NCBI GenBank assembly: GCA_008369845.1
Contig: MRSU01011701.1
Coordinates: 1-64,000 of the forward strand
Source of the DNA: Trichomonas gallinae
Lineage: Eukaryota
Direction: 5' to 3'
DNA: 64,000 nt
Shown here: piece by piece, positions 61,709 to 64,000 of the stretch
Position numbering within the stretch: position 1 is the first letter of the stretch
Layout of the letters: the number at the start of each line of letters is the position of its first letter
Notes under the pieces: model-generated
Told to the model about the DNA's origin: nothing
What the model saw: only the letters and a program-made list of their open reading frames with translations
Database searches by the model: none
Position numbers and translations under genes: made by a program

Positions 61709-64000
61709 TTAGTTCTTCTTGGACTCAAGTGCAACGACTGCTTTGAGGGCAGCGACGCGAACATCAGGTGATTCGTCGACTGATGCACTGTTGACAGCTT
61801 CTACTGCACCGGCAGCATTCGCAGCTGCGGCGAAGTACAAAGCAACAGACTTGAGGCGGGAATCACTGCTTGTGGCAGCTTCAATCAAAGCCTGAGCAGC
61901 TTCCTTTGGTGCCTTGGAATCTTCAACTGATGCCTGTGCGAATGAGTCGGCGAACTCAGTGATAGACATTGAAGATAATGAAGGCTCAGCGTATGCGAGC
62001 TTCCTTGCGATCTGATCTACAGTCTTAATAGCGACATCTTTGCCTGTTGCGTAAATGTGGACCAAGCAGAGAGGATACATGATAGCGAGCATGTCCAATG
62101 CTTCCTTCTCGCACATCAAGGCGCCTGTTAGCGAAAGTGAGTAGATGATCTTGAGTTGTGTGTCCATATGTGAGTGTGTGCATAACATGCCCTTGACATA
62201 CTTGAGGATATCGACGCCGACGTTCTTCAACTGCTCTTCCGACATTGACTCGCTGGCAGTAAGGAGGAGCTGAGAGATATCACATTCATCCTTTACTGAA
62301 AGGCATAACTTGATGACTCTCTCGAAGTGTGCGGCTCTTAATGATGAGCTTGCCTTCTGGAGATTGATGAAAGCGTCAACAGCTGACTGTATGATATCCT
62401 TGTTATGAGTCTCAACGATCTTAGCGATTCCGTCGATTGCCTGAGCACATGTGTCTTCGTACTGTAACAAAGCTGACAAGCATGAGCATGCGACGATTGT
62501 GAACTCCTTGTCGTAAAGTCTGTCTTGTGTTGCGAGGTTAAGAAGTGTTGTTTTGTCAACGCGTGGCTTCTCGAGGAAAGCGACAAAGCTGTCGAAGTCT
62601 GTATCACCTTTAGGTGTGACTTCTGTCAAAATAATCTTTCTTGACATATCAACAGCCTTTGGTGTTGATGCTAATAACTTGTTCTTCATGACGAGTGTCG
62701 CGAATATTCCGCGCTCTCTTTCGACTTCGAATCTAAGATCGTTGCTTTCTGCTGAGTCATAAACAATTCTGAATGACACTTCACCCTTCTGTTCGCCTTC
62801 GAGCATGCCGTTGATCAAAACTTGTGTAATTGTTCTAGCGAGTTCTCTCCTTGTTATAAATCCGTTGAACAAGTTGGAAAGCCTTCTTGAATATGGAACA
62901 GAAAGAGCTGTGTCAACTGTCAATTCTGCGTTTGTGTTGATCAATGGAACAAAGGCGTCTTTCACATCCATGCCTGATGAGAAGCAGATCGCGTAATATT
63001 TGGCCGCCTCTTCAATGCTTGCGAGAAGTTTCTCATTCTTCGACATGACTTTGAGAACATCACAAGCAGTAGACTGATACTGGAACGGGCAATTAGAGCT
63101 GAATTGACCCAATGCTTCGAAGACAGATGGAATGTCGCTGACCAACAAATTTTCAGAAAGCGTCTCAGCGTTAACTTCACCTTTGTCAAAACCACTGAGT
63201 TTATTGAGGAGTTTTGTAGAAATGCTCTTTGCGAATTCGTTGATTGTTGTCATGTAAACGATTCCGTAGAAAGCGGCGAGTTTAGTGAGGTTCTTGTTGC
63301 CGACGTCTCCAATGTTGTCGACGACTTTGTTGACTGCCTGTAGTACGGAATCCTGAAGGTCGCCGAAAATGTGCTTCGTCATCATATCGTGATACTTCAT
63401 CATCACGGAATTATCCTTCTTGGACGATGCCGCAGCGATCTTGGCTGTTTGCATTATTACATTTGCGATGTCTGTTGACTTCCAGTTGCCTTTGATTTGC
63501 GCCAAGATTTCTGAAACAATAGAAAAGTCTCCGATGAGTTTGTCATCGATGCAAAAGGCTGAAGCAATGCCTGCGACAGATGCAACAACAATAGCAACAT
63601 CGGAATCCTTCAATCCTCCGAGAACCCAATTTGCGAATTTTCTTGAATCGATTTTAACGTTGTTGTAAAGCAAAACTCTTGTGAGGGCTGATGCGAAGAA
63701 TCTAAGCTTCGCGAGTCTTGGGAGGCTGTCGAGAGAAATGAATCTTTGCTCAGCTGTGAAAGTGATGTTGTCGAGATTCATTGATTGGGGTGCTTTCGTT
63801 AAGAGCTCAGCGACGCAGAGAACTACGCCTGATACTGGAAGACCTGTTTCATTCTTCTTGACCCAGAATTTGTATTTGTTGTCAGCATTGGCAACGAGAA
63901 TGTCTGTCTGTGTCTTGGTAAACTTGTAAGCGAAGTCTGGAAGATAAATGGATGAAAGACCAATGAATTCTGCAATTGCTGAAACTTCTGTTAAATCTGA
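61709..64000 (-). CDS. 3' part of a large HEAT-repeat protein (possibly maestro/MROH-like); runs off the window
   Basis: Frame is open from 64000 to the stop at 61709; helical Ala/Leu-rich sequence; C-terminal DESPDVRVAALKAV HEAT motif. Confidence 0.75.
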   Translation of the reverse strand, partial: SDLTEVSAIAEFIGLSSIYLPDFAYKFTKTQTDILVANADNKYKFWVKKNETGLPVSGVVLCVAELLTKAPQSMNLDNITFTAEQRFISLDSLPRLAKLRFFASALTRVLLYNNVKIDSRKFANWVLGGLKDSDVAIVVASVAGIASAFCIDDKLIGDFSIVSEILAQIKGNWKSTDIANVIMQTAKIAAASSKKDNSVMMKYHDMMTKHIFGDLQDSVLQAVNKVVDNIGDVGNKNLTKLAAFYGIVYMTTINEFAKSISTKLLNKLSGFDKGEVNAETLSENLLVSDIPSVFEALGQFSSNCPFQYQSTACDVLKVMSKNEKLLASIEEAAKYYAICFSSGMDVKDAFVPLINTNAELTVDTALSVPYSRRLSNLFNGFITRRELARTITQVLINGMLEGEQKGEVSFRIVYDSAESNDLRFEVERERGIFATLVMKNKLLASTPKAVDMSRKIILTEVTPKGDTDFDSFVAFLEKPRVDKTTLLNLATQDRLYDKEFTIVACSCLSALLQYEDTCAQAIDGIAKIVETHNKDIIQSAVDAFINLQKASSSLRAAHFERVIKLCLSVKDECDISQLLLTASESMSEEQLKNVGVDILKYVKGMLCTHSHMDTQLKIIYSLSLTGALMCEKEALDMLAIMYPLCLVHIYATGKDVAIKTVDQIARKLAYAEPSLSSMSITEFADSFAQASVEDSKAPKEAAQALIEAATSSDSRLKSVALYFAAAANAAGAVEAVNSASVDESPDVRVAALKAVVALESKKN

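Noticed and set aside
1..64000. Spliceosomal introns, Maverick or mariner elements, stop-codon reassignment
   Set aside because: No ACTAACACACAG-type intron end and no transposase or Maverick ORFs seen; conserved genes are continuous, and TAA, TAG and TGA all serve as stops

Overview
AT-rich, intron-free eukaryotic gene region, almost certainly from a trichomonad (Trichomonas vaginalis or a close relative). This is inferred from short AT-rich spacers, TCA(T/C)T Inr and AAAGTGAC motifs just before start codons, and the gene families present. It holds about 24 protein genes plus tRNA-Gly(GCC). The genes include a degenerate transmembrane PAS/cyclase, two kinases, a phospholipase B-like protein, V-ATPase subunit e, ARPC4, DNAAF4, GH47-like, PLAC8, MFSD5-like, HEATR5-like, SAC3, ankyrin, TBC GAPs, a DNAH1-type dynein heavy chain and LC8. 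Notable non-annotated signals: (1) an 11-bp motif TTTAC(A/G)NG(T/A)CA, found about 25 times and almost only between genes, including a 10-copy semi-phased array in a divergent promoter; (2) two long intact ORFs that lack an ATG at their apparent start (GTG, TTG); (3) a 115-bp PIF/Harbinger-like MITE candidate; (4) a structured, relatively GC-rich spacer upstream of ARPC4 that may be a ncRNA; (5) a small shared domain in two hypothetical proteins; (6) several pseudoenzymes and decayed gene relics. All assignments were made by eye from motifs, without database searches.
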